From NCBI RefSeq assembly GCF_000143415.4, contig NW_003314338.1, forward strand, positions 548,218-612,217: 64,000 bases of DNA, in the 5' to 3' direction. The notes under the pieces are model-generated. The model had not been told where the DNA came from, made no database searches, and was given only the letters and a program-made list of their open reading frames with translations. The translations under genes were made by a program, and so were the position numbers. This document shows positions 14,147-26,835 of the stretch, piece after piece; the first letter of the stretch is position 1, and every line of letters begins with the position of its first letter. Source of the stretch: Selaginella moellendorffii. Its lineage: Eukaryota > Plantae > Lycopodiophyta.

Positions 14147-16489
14147 ATGTGAACTATCTTCTTAGCTAGGCTGGCGTCGTCTCTGGAGGGATTGGATCAG
14201 CTCGACTCCACAGCTTTTGCTTCGCTTCTTTCCAAATGCGGGGCTACCGGGGACCTGGCACAGGCAAAGCGTCTCCATGCTCGGCTCGCGAGATATCCCA
14301 GATGGGAGCTCGACACCTTTGTGGGAAATCACGTCGTCAAGATGTACGCGAGCTGTGGCAGCGTGGAAGATGCAAAGGCAGCGTTTGAAAGGATCCGGCC
14401 GCGCAATGTTTTCTCCTGGAACATCATGCTCTCGGCCTATGCCCAGAAGGGACACCTCCGCGAGGCAAGGGAGCTGTTTGACAAGATGGAGAAGAGGGAC
14501 GTGGTTTCATGGACGACTTTGCTCAGTGGCTATGCTCAGATGGGGTATGTGGACGAGGCCAGGGGATTGTTCGACAGGATGAAGCAGCACAGTGGAGTGT
14601 CGTGGAGCTCGATGATTTCGGCTTATGCCCAGAACGGGTATCCCAGTGAAGCGCTGGAGATCTTCTGGGCGATGAGCCTGGAGGGTGTGAAGCCGAGGAC
14701 GAGCACTTGGGTGTCCGTGATTGATTCGTGTGGCAGTGCTTTGGCTGTCAAGGATGGTGACGTGCTTCGCCAAGCTGTGAAAGACGCGGGGCTTGAAGGA
14801 GATGTCGTGGTCGGGACTGCTCTCGTCGATATGCTTGGGAAGTTTGGCAAGCCCGAGGAAGCCTGGCGGGTCTTCGCTGGGATTTCAGAGAAGAACACCA
14901 TATCCTGGAATGCTATCATGTCGGCGTTCGCGCGGAATGATCGTTTCCAGGAGGCACTCCGGGTGTTCCAGACGATGTGCTTGGAAGGTGCCGAGCACGA
15001 CAGTGTGACTTTTCTCAACGTTTTCAGCGTTTGCTCCAAAGCTCCCACACTGGCTTTCGAAGGTGAGTGCTGGTACCAGAGGCTTTTGGAAGCTGGTTTT
15101 GCATTCGACTGCTCTTTGGAGACTGCTGTGGTTAACATGTGTGTCAACTCCCGTAGGCTCGAGCAGGCATTTCGTGTATTCGACGGGATGATTCGAAAGA
15201 GTGCCGTGACATGGACGATTCTGCTAAGAGCTTGCGGCCAAAGTGGTGATGCGAGAAAGGCTCTCAAGATGCTGGCGCTCATGGACCAAGACGGAATTCC
15301 TCCGGACAAAATCGTTATTCTCAGCCTTTTGGAGTCTTGCAGCTCGAGCCTGAGCTTCGGCAGCGTGCAACGAGTCATCGAACTTCACAGAGATGTTGTC
15401 GAAGGTACCGGTTTTCATTCAGACTCTAAAGTTGGAACCGCGCTTATCATGCTCTATAGCAGGTGTGGGAGCTTGGAGCACGCAAAAGCGTCGTTCGATG
15501 GCATTGTTCGCGGCACTGTTGCTTCCTGGACTGCAATGATCGTGGCATACATCCAGAGTGGTGAGTGCCACAGCGCCTTGCAGCTCTTCAGCACAATGGA
15601 CTTGGAAGGTATTCATCCGGACACCGTAACTTTTGGCTACGTTCTCAGCGTGTGTGCCAATGCAGGAGCTCGTCAACACGGGAAAGCAATACACTCGGCT
15701 ATTTTCGAGGCTGGGATCGACACAAGCGGCGCACTGGGAATCGCCCTGGTGAAGATGTACGAGAGATGCGGCAGCGTGACTGAATCCACAAAGCTCTTCA
15801 AGGAGATGCCCGAGCGTTCTCCACACCGGCTGATAGCAGGCTTGCATTGCCAGCAGATGGACGAGAAAGAGGTGGAGGAGATGTTCCAGGCCATGGACTT
15901 GGAAGGCCGGAGTTTGGACAGGGAAGCCGCCATCGCCACCATCACCGCGTGCTGGCAGAGCTCCATCGCCAGGACGATCCACGCTCGAGTTCTGGAGTCC
16001 GAGTGGAGCCTCGACTCCAACTTAACGGCGGCGCTCATCAACATGCACGGGAAGTGTGGCAATCTCCGCGAGGCCAGGAGAGTTTTCGACGAGCTTGGCA
16101 GTGGCCGGGACAGTGTGTTGTGGACGAGCATCATGGCTGCGTACTCCCGCGACAGTGGTGCCAAGAGCTGTCAAGAGATCTTCGAGCTGTTTGGGATGAT
16201 GAGCTTGGAGGGCGTGGCTCCCAGCGGTGTGAGCTTCATCATCGTGCTCACGACGTGCAGCCATGCCGGGATGCTGGGAAGAGCAGTGGAGTGCGTGAGG
16301 TGGATGATCCAGGATTTTGGAATGGAGGCTGGGGGTTACCATTTGGCGTGCGTGGTTGATCTGCTGGGACGCGCTGGTCGAGGTGATGATGCGGCAGAGG
16401 TTGTAAACAGGATGCTTGTAGAGAATAGAGCGGCATTGTCTTTGATGTATTTCGACACACTGGTAGAAGACAAAAAAAGCTTGCATTGA
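14147..16489 (+). CDS. PLS-class pentatricopeptide repeat protein ending in a partial E-like region, no DYW; start codon immediately followed by a stop
   Basis: Intronless ORF 14192-16489 with repeated PPR motifs (NVFSWNIMLSAYAQKG, DVVSWTTLLSGYAQMG, HLACVVDLLGRAG). In-frame ATG at 14147 is followed by TGA at 14150. Next in-frame ATG is at 14342. Confidence 0.88.
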
Positions 16490-16838
16490 TCAGTATTAAA
16501 AAAATCCCTATTTTGGGATTGTCTTTGATAGTATTTTAAGAATCAGAAAATTAGTACAGTACTTGTTTGTATATACAGAGATATCCTCAAAATGAGTCAC
16601 AACGAAATACTCATTTTGGGCATTTACAAAATCTTTGGCGTTCTGCAACCATATGATGATTCAACAATGTTACATTTAGAAAAAAATTATGTTTATTTAA
16701 TGAATTTTTCATTAAAAATTTAATTTTATAACATTTTGTGAGTGCTTCAGGTATGGAATTAAATACATTAATTGGGGTTTAGATTTTTACTTATTTACAA
16801 ATTAGCATATTATCTAATTAAAGATAATATATATGTAT

Positions 16839-16872
<34 letters not shown>

Positions 16873-18941
16873 TTATATTTATTTATTTATAAACCTTACA
16901 TTATGCTTCTATTCAGAAGATGAAAAAGGTGATGATGATAAATCAAGATAAATATCTTTTACTAGATCAATTGTAGAGTACCACAAGAACTTAAAATTCC
17001 TATGGAACCACTAACATAATTGTTAACAATTATGATTGAAAAAAAACCCAAAACCATAATATAAGCATCAATTGACTATAGAATCTTGATGAATTTATTG
17101 CAATTCTATGCACAACCACTTAATGTTTGAACAAACTTCAAAGTTATAACTTTGAACTGAAGCAAAGGATTTCAAAGCCACTATTGTCCATAAAGCATCA
17201 ATGCAACAAATAATACATCTATATTAAATTTCCCCACTAATAATTCTTCAAGACCATTGTTAAATCAGATTTATGACCACAAGTAAAACTTACTTTTACA
17301 TCTTCCCTTTGGTCAACATTAAGAAATTGTGTTAACTCAAACTCATAACCTTTGTCCTTGTTCAATATTGTATATGGGATGTTAGATTCATTCTATTTGT
17401 CCTCTATATCTTTTTTCTATCTTCTTCAAACGAAAAAAATTTTTAAAGCATTAGTTTTGTTAAGACTTGCTACACTCATCTTTACTCCACCATTTATATT
17501 TAACTTCATTCCATTATTACATCCATTTAACCTTAATACATTAAAGGTAGATTTGCTATGTTCCTCCTCACTCCACAATTCATATTGTTATTCCTATCCT
17601 CTAAAGGAAAAAGAGTTTGAAGTTTTAGGGTGAAAAAGAAAAAGTAAAAGAATTTGAGGAAGAAATATTATGGAAAAAGAAAAAGTGGATAAAAAATCAT
17701 CAAAAGAGGAATTTTTAGCAACTATCAATATACATCAGCCAGCACAAAATAAGCAAGAAATTCATGCCATGTAACCTCTTGAACACACAACTTAATATTT
17801 GAGATAAAAAAACAATATATAAACTCATCAACAACAATGATAAAGTAAAGGCTATTAGTGGCACTTATAATTTGGGATGTGCATTCAACTTGAAACTTTA
17901 ACAAAAGTAACTCAGCTTTTGGAATAGAGGAATACTTAATATCAAAATTAATTAATAACTATTAATAAAATAAAAGTAAAATTTCCAATTTCATGCATAT
18001 GCTCAACATCTAAATTAATATAAGGAAGATAGAAAATACTCAACTCAACACTATATTGAGAAGGAGAATCATAAAAGTCATAAATGATCAATGTGTAAAG
18101 AGAAGGAAATATTGCATATGACAAAAAAACACTAGAAACATAAAAAAGTGGCTCAAGTCAGGAAATAAAAAAAAATATTAGGAAACATTTGTCAAGAATC
18201 AAACTATATCATTCATAACTCTCCAATCAATGTTATAAACATTCTTCACATTAATGGTTTAGGGTTTAGGGTTTAGCAAAACACTAAGAAAAGAAAAAGC
18301 TTTGTAATCATATCCCATAGAATCTAAAGATAGCAATACAGTAAGGATGAGCACACCATCAATATGATTACACCTTATACCACTAAAAGCATAATTTAAT
18401 AGAGTAACATCAGCAACCTTAAGTGACATACTTTTTAATCGATAGGAATAAAGAAATACAATGAAAATCAAAAGAAGAATAAATTTAAGCACAACAATAA
18501 TTAGAATTCTAGATCTTGCAAAAAGCTAAAACAAACTTAGATCTAAAAGAGAAAGAAAAAAAGAAAATAAAAACCACAATCCTAAATACTAAAGCCAAAT
18601 ACTCTTAAAAAAATTTGCCTTCTAGAGATAAATTGCAATGCCCCTCCTAATGTGAATGTTTGGGGATATTAATTGAGGTTTAGAACCCTATTAGATAGAC
18701 CAGATTTAGTTCTAATAGACAGTTTATATGCTATAGTTAGCGTATTATCTAGGCAAGGTAATATATGTATGTATATATATATATATATATATTTATTTAT
18801 TTATAAACTTTATAGTTTTAAAAAAATGATATGCAAAAAATGCTAAAGTTAAAGCTATCTTAAAGGGTCTTTTGTTTTTAGGCTAAAATTTCACTACATA
18901 TTTTTTCAGTTTAAAATTTAAAATATAAACTTCTACTACTT

Positions 18942-19254
18942 TTTGGTTTGCTTAAGCAAACCTATATGGTAGTGAATATACCTAGAATATGCTTGGATAT
19001 TTTACGATATTTTACCATTTAATGGTTGTTATTCATTTAGATTAATTTTGTATTTATAATTTATAAATATGTTTATAATCTATAAACTTTTTTAAAACAT
19101 TTATAGTATATTATTTTTTAATCTATCATCTAATTATTGATATGCAATAAGATTAGTCTTATGTTTATAAATTAAAAACACGCTTATAATTATAAATTTT
19201 ATTTGATCAATTGGATTAATAAGTAAAAATAGCATTACCATTAAGCAAACCAAA
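18942..19254. mobile_element. MITE-like element, copy A (14-bp inverted ends)
   Basis: TTTGGTTTGCTTAA at 18942-18955 and TTAAGCAAACCAAA at 19241-19254. AT-rich interior homologous to 22735-22966. No TSD seen. Confidence 0.45.
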
Positions 19255-20514
19255 TGTTGCTAGATGCAATGCATAGCAATTTATTTTTAATAATCATTAC
19301 ATTTTTATAGTTATAGTTGTGTATAAAGTCTATATGGAAAAAGAAATTGTATTAAACAGAAGCAATGTTTTATTTTATTTGGGCCCTATTTAATTTAACC
19401 TAGGAATTAAATATTTACTTGAGAAAAAAAAATTATTGAGCTTATCCAATACTCTAATGAAATCATTTGGTAGATTGTAACACCATTCTTTTCTCCACGT
19501 TTATGTAATTATTCATTTAGTGGATGGTAATAAAAGTTGTAGCACCATTCTTTTCTCAAAATTTATGTAGTTCAAGTATTCTACAGTTCTTTTCTCAGAG
19601 TTATATAGTCCAAGTGTTCTACAGACTCCATTCAAACCCATGGAATTCATCAAATACGAAGTCCATAGTTTAGGATCAGCAACTCCCAATTGTGGCAATC
19701 ATGAAAGGTTGTGGACAGAATTTGGAAGGTAAGCTTATTGTTTATGAGTGTATTATTCCTAAACATTAGAGTTCTGGGTAAATATGTTTCCTGTAAGAAT
19801 TTTATGGTGACTCAACAATGCTACATTGCAACCACACGAAAATGAAGCGATTTAGCATTACATTAAGGCCATGTTTATCGCATAAAATTAGTGGTATCCT
19901 CAATGCAATGATGCAACAAAATGCCCATTCTGGGCATTTGCGGAGACCGGTAAGATTTCTATGACAACTTGACAATTGTACATGACAAGCACACCAACAA
20001 TGAAGAGATTTAGCATTCCAAAGAGGACATGTTTCTTGGATTGCATTCATCCTCCTGGGAAAATTCATGCATTAGATTCTTACATTTTTCTTGCTTTTCC
20101 CATTCTGAATTGATCCCTGACAGGGCTGCGCCTATTTCTTCCTGCTGCTCTTGCCAGCGGCCTTGGCCTCCGCCTCGGCATCCGGCTTGTCCGCCTCCAC
20201 AAATGCCCGGTTGAGCGAGTGCCAAAACTCCACCGCTCCATCGTCCCAAGGCTTCACTCCATAGATGAGACAGTCATGGTAGAAATTGGGCTTCCCTCCA
20301 GACGCGCCCATATGGGGCTTGGAATTGGGAGACGATTGCCAGACATAAAGCCCTTGCCAAGAAAGCACATTCGTTCTAGCCACGGCATATTCTGTTTGCC
20401 TGCTAGAATATGCTTTGACAGAGAGAGACTATTCCGTTTGTTTTGTCCAAGAATATGCTTAATTTGAAAATAAATATTCTTGAATATTTTTATCTCCAAG
20501 GGGCAAGCTAAGCT

Positions 20515-21870
20515 ATGGCGATGGCGGCAGTGGCAGCGTCTCTCCGCGCAAATCTCCGCTGCAAGAGGCCATGGCAGGAGGCGAGCGGCGCGCTGGGCGA
20601 CCTGGGCACATTCGTCCCGATCGTCGTGGCGCTAACCCTAGTGAGGGGCCTGGATCTCGGTACGTCGCTCATCGCCACCGGCCTTTACAACGTCGTCACC
20701 GGCGCGGTGTTTGGCGTGCCAATGCCCGTCCAGCCGATGAAATCCATCGCCGCGGTGGCCATCACGGAGGGCGATTGGTCGCTCAGCATTCCCCAGGTCA
20801 TGGCCGCGGGGCTGTGCGTTTCCGGGATCGCTTTCTTCCTCGGGATCACTGGGCTCATTCGAGTCGTGGCGTGGATCGTACCCCTGCCGGTGGTGCGAGG
20901 GATCCAGCTCGCGCAGGGGCTCTCCTTCGCGATCACTGCCGTGAAGTATGTGCTCCAGGAACAGGATTTCTCCAGAGGGAAGGCTACCGGGGACAGGCCT
21001 TGGCTGGGACTGGATGGGATCCTGGTCGCTCTCGCTGCTCTGGGATTCATCGTTCTTGCCAATGGATCCGGGCAAGGCGTCGAGAATTCACAGCGTGGTG
21101 ATGATCAAGATCAAGAGGCCGGTGACGAAGAAGAACACGTCGAAAGCTCATCGCCCACCACCTTTGCGACGAGGATTCCAACCGCGCTGATCGTGTTCTT
21201 GGTCGGGATCCTCCTCGCAGCGGTGAGGAACCCGAGCATCTTCGATGCTCTTCGGCTGGGACCAAGCATCCCTCGCGTCACAAGGATCACTGGCGAAGAC
21301 TGGAAGATTGGTTTTGTGCGAGGAGCGATCCCGCAGCTCCCTCTCACGATCCTCAACTCGGTGGTGGCGGTTTGCAAGCTCTCCAAGGATCTCTTCCCGG
21401 AGATGGAAGATCGCGTGTCGCCGACCAGGGTCTCGGTGAGCGTCGGGATCATGAACTGGATCGGGTGCTGGTTTGGAGCTCTCCCGGTTTGCCACGGCGC
21501 TGGGGGACTGGCCGGGCAGTATCGATTTGGAGCGAGCTCGGGAGCGTCAGTGGCGATGCTTGGAGCTGCCAAGCTTGTGCTTGGATTGCTGCTAGGGAGC
21601 TCTTTGATCAGGCTTCTAGACGCGTTTCCTATCGGGCTTCTGGGGATCTTGCTGCTCTTCTCAGGGGTGGAGCTCGCCATGGCTTGCCGGGATCAGACGA
21701 GCAGGCTGGATTCGTTTGTGATGCTCACCTGTGTGGCAGTGTCGCAGGGATCCAAGAGTCTTGCCACTGGTTGTGTGTGTTCTATACTTCTGTTTGTGTT
21801 GCTCAAGGTGAGAGATGTGGTGTTTTGGAGGCGTCTCTCTACTAGGAGCGATCTACAGCCACTGCTGTAA
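20515..21870 (+). CDS. MOT1: Molybdate transporter, MOT1/MOT2 family
   Basis: Intronless 451-aa hydrophobic ORF with family motifs EASGALGDLGTFVP, PMPVQPMKSIAAVAI, PQLPLTILNSVVAVC and PVCHGAGGLAGQYRFGA. MOT1 versus MOT2 orthology not resolved. Confidence 0.93.
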   Translation: MAMAAVAASLRANLRCKRPWQEASGALGDLGTFVPIVVALTLVRGLDLGTSLIATGLYNVVTGAVFGVPMPVQPMKSIAAVAITEGDWSLSIPQVMAAGLCVSGIAFFLGITGLIRVVAWIVPLPVVRGIQLAQGLSFAITAVKYVLQEQDFSRGKATGDRPWLGLDGILVALAALGFIVLANGSGQGVENSQRGDDQDQEAGDEEEHVESSSPTTFATRIPTALIVFLVGILLAAVRNPSIFDALRLGPSIPRVTRITGEDWKIGFVRGAIPQLPLTILNSVVAVCKLSKDLFPEMEDRVSPTRVSVSVGIMNWIGCWFGALPVCHGAGGLAGQYRFGASSGASVAMLGAAKLVLGLLLGSSLIRLLDAFPIGLLGILLLFSGVELAMACRDQTSRLDSFVMLTCVAVSQGSKSLATGCVCSILLFVLLKVRDVVFWRRLSTRSDLQPLL

Positions 21871-22734
21871 AGCCTGTCAAAATAATTATGATATAATTAT
21901 ATTTCACTTATAAACAAATTTATTTTTTCCTTGTCAATCATCCCAATAATAAATGTAAATAACCTGGTTTTCTTATTATATTTAAACTTTTATAAAAAAT
22001 AATTTCTTGTGATATTATGTAATCATTTTAAATATTTCTTTTTCTTTCCTTTTTCTATATTCATTATAAATTTTATTAATATTTACTAAATTTCTTACTT
22101 CAGTTATATATGAATTTTTATCACTTTTTTTTCAACCTTATAAAAATAATATAAGCTCTTTAGTTTATAGTTCTGTTGATAAGCCCCAATTAATTAGCCA
22201 TTCAGTAATCACTTATCAACATCCTCAATATATGAAATAATTTTATCCTTCAATGTCTTTATTTTGATCTTTACCAAATTCTTTTTCTTCACATGACCAT
22301 GTTTGCTAACACTATTGTTAAATTAAATTTTAAAAAGCAAATCTCACTATCTAAACATTCCTCACCATGTAATTATACTTTTGGTTACTAAGCAAAAAAA
22401 ATTATTTTTTTCTTTCTACAAATATATATTTTGGAATGATCTTTCAAAATACTATAACCTAACACAATCTTTGTGGGAACTCCCACCACATTTAACTGCT
22501 AAGATGCCCTAGTTACATAGCTAAAGCAAGGTTTTGAGTAACTGTTAGTCTAAGTAATTTGAGTTATTTGGAAGTAATTAGTGTTACCCATATTTGGATT
22601 GTGAGCATCAACTATTAGATTTTACCTTTATAAGGGTAATATAAATTTCTTAGATTGGCCCCTTATAAGGCTAAAGATGAAAAAGTAATAAAAATTAATA
22701 TAGAAAAATATTAAAATAATTGAAGTAAGAGATT

Positions 22735-22966
22735 TTTGGTTTGCTTAAACAAAAACTAGATGGTACTGGATATGTATTTATAAATACAAAATTAATCTAA
22801 ATTAATAACAACCATTAGATGGTAAAAGATCCTAAAATATCCAAGAATATTCTAGGCAATAAGATTAATCTTGATTTATAAATAATAAACCATGTTTATA
22901 ATTATTGATCAATTGGAATATTCAAAAATACTAAATAAGTATGACATTACTATTAATCAAACCAAA
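22735..22966. mobile_element. MITE-like element, copy B
   Basis: TTTGGTTTGCTTAA ... TTAATCAAACCAAA. Homologous to copy A except for an internally inverted segment. Confidence 0.4.
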
Positions 22967-23139
22967 TGTTGCTGCATATGATATGTAGTAAATTTTGATA
23001 AATAGTAATAATAAAAAATGATTATATAATATCTTAAGAAATTATTTTCTATAAATCTTTAAATAAAAAAAATAGACTATGAGATCCAAGTGTATGGCTA
23101 TAATGTTATATACTAATATTATTATAGTGAGATTTTGAT

Positions 23140-24620
23140 AGCTATTAGATTGGTTTCAATCTGAACCACTTAGTCCTATATATAAACTAAGGTTTTTGGG
23201 TTAATTAATATGCATATTTTTATATTCCATTTCCATATTTCATACATTAACATTACTGGAGGTGAAAGATAATTTTGATTATCCCTAAGGAATGTTTGGA
23301 TTTGGGCTTTTGGTTTAAATCTAGTTTACAACACTTAGATTTTACTGTCCATATAACTTCTCAATTTATTCTCTTTTTTTTTTTCTTTTTTGTTCATCTT
23401 TATGGTAGAGTAGCAGCTTCTTTCCTCTTTGACTCTAGAATAAAAGTTGGTGCAATTGCTTAATATTATATGGTTATAGTTGAAAAATCAAATTTAGTTG
23501 ATAGTAGCATTTAAGATGTATGGTACAACTCCTATTACTCTTATTGTCAATCCTCACATCTGGTTAGAGTATTTTTATAAGAATCCTAGAGATTAATATG
23601 ATCACTTTATGGTGATTGCTATGTATTATTCTTGGAATTTGTATAAGTTTCCCATGTGTCTTTAATGGATAGCGATGTAGTGGTATAATGGTTTAAGTGT
23701 AGCCACTTGTGCAGATTTGAGCATTCTCCTAAATGTCTTTAAGTATTTGAACATGTTAACAATTGTGATAATGCCTTTCTAACAATTACATCATTTTTAT
23801 CAAGGGCCATTTAAGTTAGTGATGCAATTTGGTATTCACTTCCAAAGCATTTTACTTCATGTAAAACCAAATATATCAAAGCAGATTAAGTTAAGAATAT
23901 TGTAATTAACATTTTATCAAAATCTTGTGGGACTTGAGTATGCTTTTGCTCCACCCACATTAGACGATATTATTTGACTAGCACAACCTTATAAGATATT
24001 ACTTCTTCCATTTCTCATTATACATCCTTTAGCTCTACTTTTTGTGGAAGATAATCCTGTTTTGATAGTGGTTGATGCTGTTGCTGCTGATGTTCAAGGA
24101 CAAAGGCAAAAATGTGATTGTGATCGTGATGTCTATTGTTAAGCGTATGACAAGATTGGCCACACATATCAGCATTGTTAGTATTTTTTGAATTGGTGTA
24201 CTCTATTTCCTAAGTGAAAGCCTTAACATCAATAATGTCTTATTAGCAGAAATTTTTCCTGGAAATGAAGAGTTATACGGTCATTGCATGAATAAGTCAA
24301 TGACCCCTCCATCCTTCTTTCGGAAGTACTATTAAGGGGTTCATTTAGCACCAGTTCATCAAGTGTTTACTTTCCAAGTTTGTTTTTATAATAAAAGGTT
24401 TTTTATTATTCTTTATATATTAGTTTATATAAATTAGATTTTATCTTTTCTTGCTCAACTTATTGCCACATGTTGCTATTTACAATTGCATTGTTGGAAG
24501 AGTCTATCTTCATTCTTTATGGCAATAGTAGTACATATACATATATGAAGGACAAAACAAGTCTAATTATGTGTGTAGGTGATCTTGAGCTTAAACTTTA
24601 ATCATTGCAAGTGGTGTTAA
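23140..24620 (+). mobile_element. Decayed retroelement-like remnant; same family as ~7380-7960 in opposite orientation
   Basis: 23400-23468 is the diverged reverse complement of ~7658-7725. A possible Zn-knuckle relic (KIGHTYQHC) lies near 24150-24180. Confidence 0.45.
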
Positions 24621-25199
24621 GTTAAGTTTTTGACCTCATCCTTGGTATGGATTAGTTGTTTCAAAATTATGCCAAATGTGACATTGAGGCTTCTTCCTTT
24701 GTCTCATACTTCTTTATATTTCTTTTATTCTTTTCAATTTTATTCCATTTTATCTTTTCACTTCTATTTCTGTTTCCATCATTTTTGTCTCCCTATTACT
24801 TCCTACTATATTTCCATCTTGCTCCTTTATTCCCTCTCTAAATCATTTTCACAATCTTTGTGTTATAATGGTTAACCAACTTAAGAAAGAGTATATTGAT
24901 TTCTTCAACTTTGACTTATTATCTAGGGATAAGATTGCAACCCATCATCCTATTTCAATTAGAGATGTGTAAACAACTAAAAGAAAAAAGTCTATAAATA
25001 AGAATGCACTCCCTTTTCTAATCGATTAAGGGTTTTAAGATATTTGGGGTTGAATAATACTAGGATGAGTGACCTCTTGAGAAGTTTAAATTCAAGAGTT
25101 TATAAGATGCTCATCCAATAAAGGTTCCTATTTGGTGTCAATCATTGAAAAAAATTAAGAATTTATGTATGAATATCAAGATGATATTGGAGAAAAGTG

Positions 25200-26100
25200 T
25201 TATCTAAAAATCTTGGAATCCTTAGGTGTGTGAACATCATCTTATGACAAAGACTAATTAGAGTATTTACTTTTGCATTGACTATTGTCTATTAAACAAG
25301 GTGACTATCTCAGATATGTACCCTTTTCCTTATATTGTTAATTTTCTAGATTGTTTGGGGAGAAGTTTTTGGTTCACCAAATTAGCTTTTACTTTTAGGT
25401 ACTAACAACTGGCAATGACCGAGGAAAATATTCCCAATATTACTTTTCATATACCATTTGGTTTTATAAGTTTTTGGTGATGTTGTTTGGTTCAAACAAT
25501 GCTCCGGCAACTTTTCAATACATGATAGATGAGATTCTTTACGATATGCTAGAAATGACTATTAACTTCATTGATGATGTCTTAATTCATTCAGAGGGGA
25601 TATGGAAAAAACACATTTGTGATGTTTGTAAAGTGTTGAATTTGCCATAGGAAGTTAGTTTAAAGTTGAAATAATTGAAGTGTGTGTTTGGGTCTAAAGA
25701 CATAACTTATCTTAGATTACTATATTTCTTATGAAAATTTGAAAGTTGATTTTGATAAATTTATAGCTATTTTACAATTCTTTACTATATGGTGTGTAAA
25801 TGACTTCCTAGGCAAGGTGCAATATCTCGGTTACTTCATTAATCATCTTTCTAATCAAACTACATTGTTGCAAATATTGTTAAAGTCATCAACATTATCT
25901 TTCATTTGACCTGAAGATTCTGAGTAGGCATTTACAAATCTCAAAAAGTTATTAATGACTCCCACAACTTTGGCATATCCTAACTATAGTCAACCTTTCA
26001 TTTTGCATGTGAATGCTTTTGATATCTATCTAGGAAGGGTGTTAGCCCGAATCTGCTTAGTTAGCATCATTCTATTGCATACATCAGTTGTACATTACAA
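25200..26100 (+). pseudogene. Degenerate Ty3/Gypsy RT-RNase H remnant (older, separate element)
   Basis: Plus-strand translation PFGFYKFLVMLFGSNNAPATFQ...FIDDVLIHS (~25454-25593) and LAYPNYSQPFILHVNAFD (~25970-26023), with many stops. Confidence 0.8.
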
Positions 26101-26539
26101 CTAGTAAAGGTTGTTTAATGAGCTCCAAAAGTATAGTAGACAGAGGACTTCAATGAAGCCAATTTGGCCAAGAAAGGCTAATTTGACCAAGGAAAGTTAT
26201 ACTTATAGCTTGGATGATGATATAACCACTAAAGAGTCCAAAGCTAAAGTGAATACAGACAGATAAGTGAGGTAACTTAATGAAGTGTTCAAGAGCCAGC
26301 TTTAGCTCCTCGGGAGATCAAATGGTTAATGCTCCCAATCCAAGTGTGGGTAGCATTACCTACTTAGATACTTAGTATGGCTTATCAGAACCTCACTCTA
26401 GAGCACCCAAGGGCAAAAGGTGGGGAGAATACCCATGAGGCTTGTGTAAGGTTGTGGTGTTTCAAAATGTTGTTCCAAAACCCCAAATTGTAGAAAGGAA
26501 AAGAAACAATCCTCTTGTGTAATAACTAGGATACGGTTA

Positions 26540-26761
26540 TGTTATGATCCGGCGCAAAAAGGCAGAGATCTAGTCACCCTAGACTATGCTACACCACCTC
26601 TTGAATTCCCTCACCACCCAACCCCTCAAAAGCTCCACCACACTACCGCTCTACTGTGAGCCCTAGGATAAGGTTTTTGTCCCTTACCCTAATATGCCTT
26701 ATATACCCTTGAGCCTCCCTTTGACTGATGTTGACCATGTGGTCAAAACTAGCGCCTAATA
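26540..26761 (-). repeat. 3' LTR (222 bp)
   Basis: Begins tgttatgat, ends cctaata (C>T of ...taaca). Homologous to 42770-42986. Confidence 0.93.
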
Positions 26762-26762
26762 A

Positions 26763-26774
26763 TTCTTCCCCCCC
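26763..26774 (-). other. Polypurine tract
   Basis: GGGGGGGAAGAA on the minus strand, abutting the 3' LTR. Confidence 0.85.
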
Positions 26775-26835
26775 AACAAAGTCCTTGTCCCAAGGACGAG
26801 TTGTACTGGTGATCACTCTTTCTGGGGAACCCTGC

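Noticed and set aside
14162-16486. Many overlapping or antisense ORFs over PPR (likewise over MOT, the J-protein, transposase and EAF1)
   Set aside because: Shadow frames of GC-rich coding sequence with no recognisable motifs.
16839-16870. (CT)n/(AT)n microsatellite (also (AT)n at ~18773-18792)
   Set aside because: Common simple repeats with no further structure.
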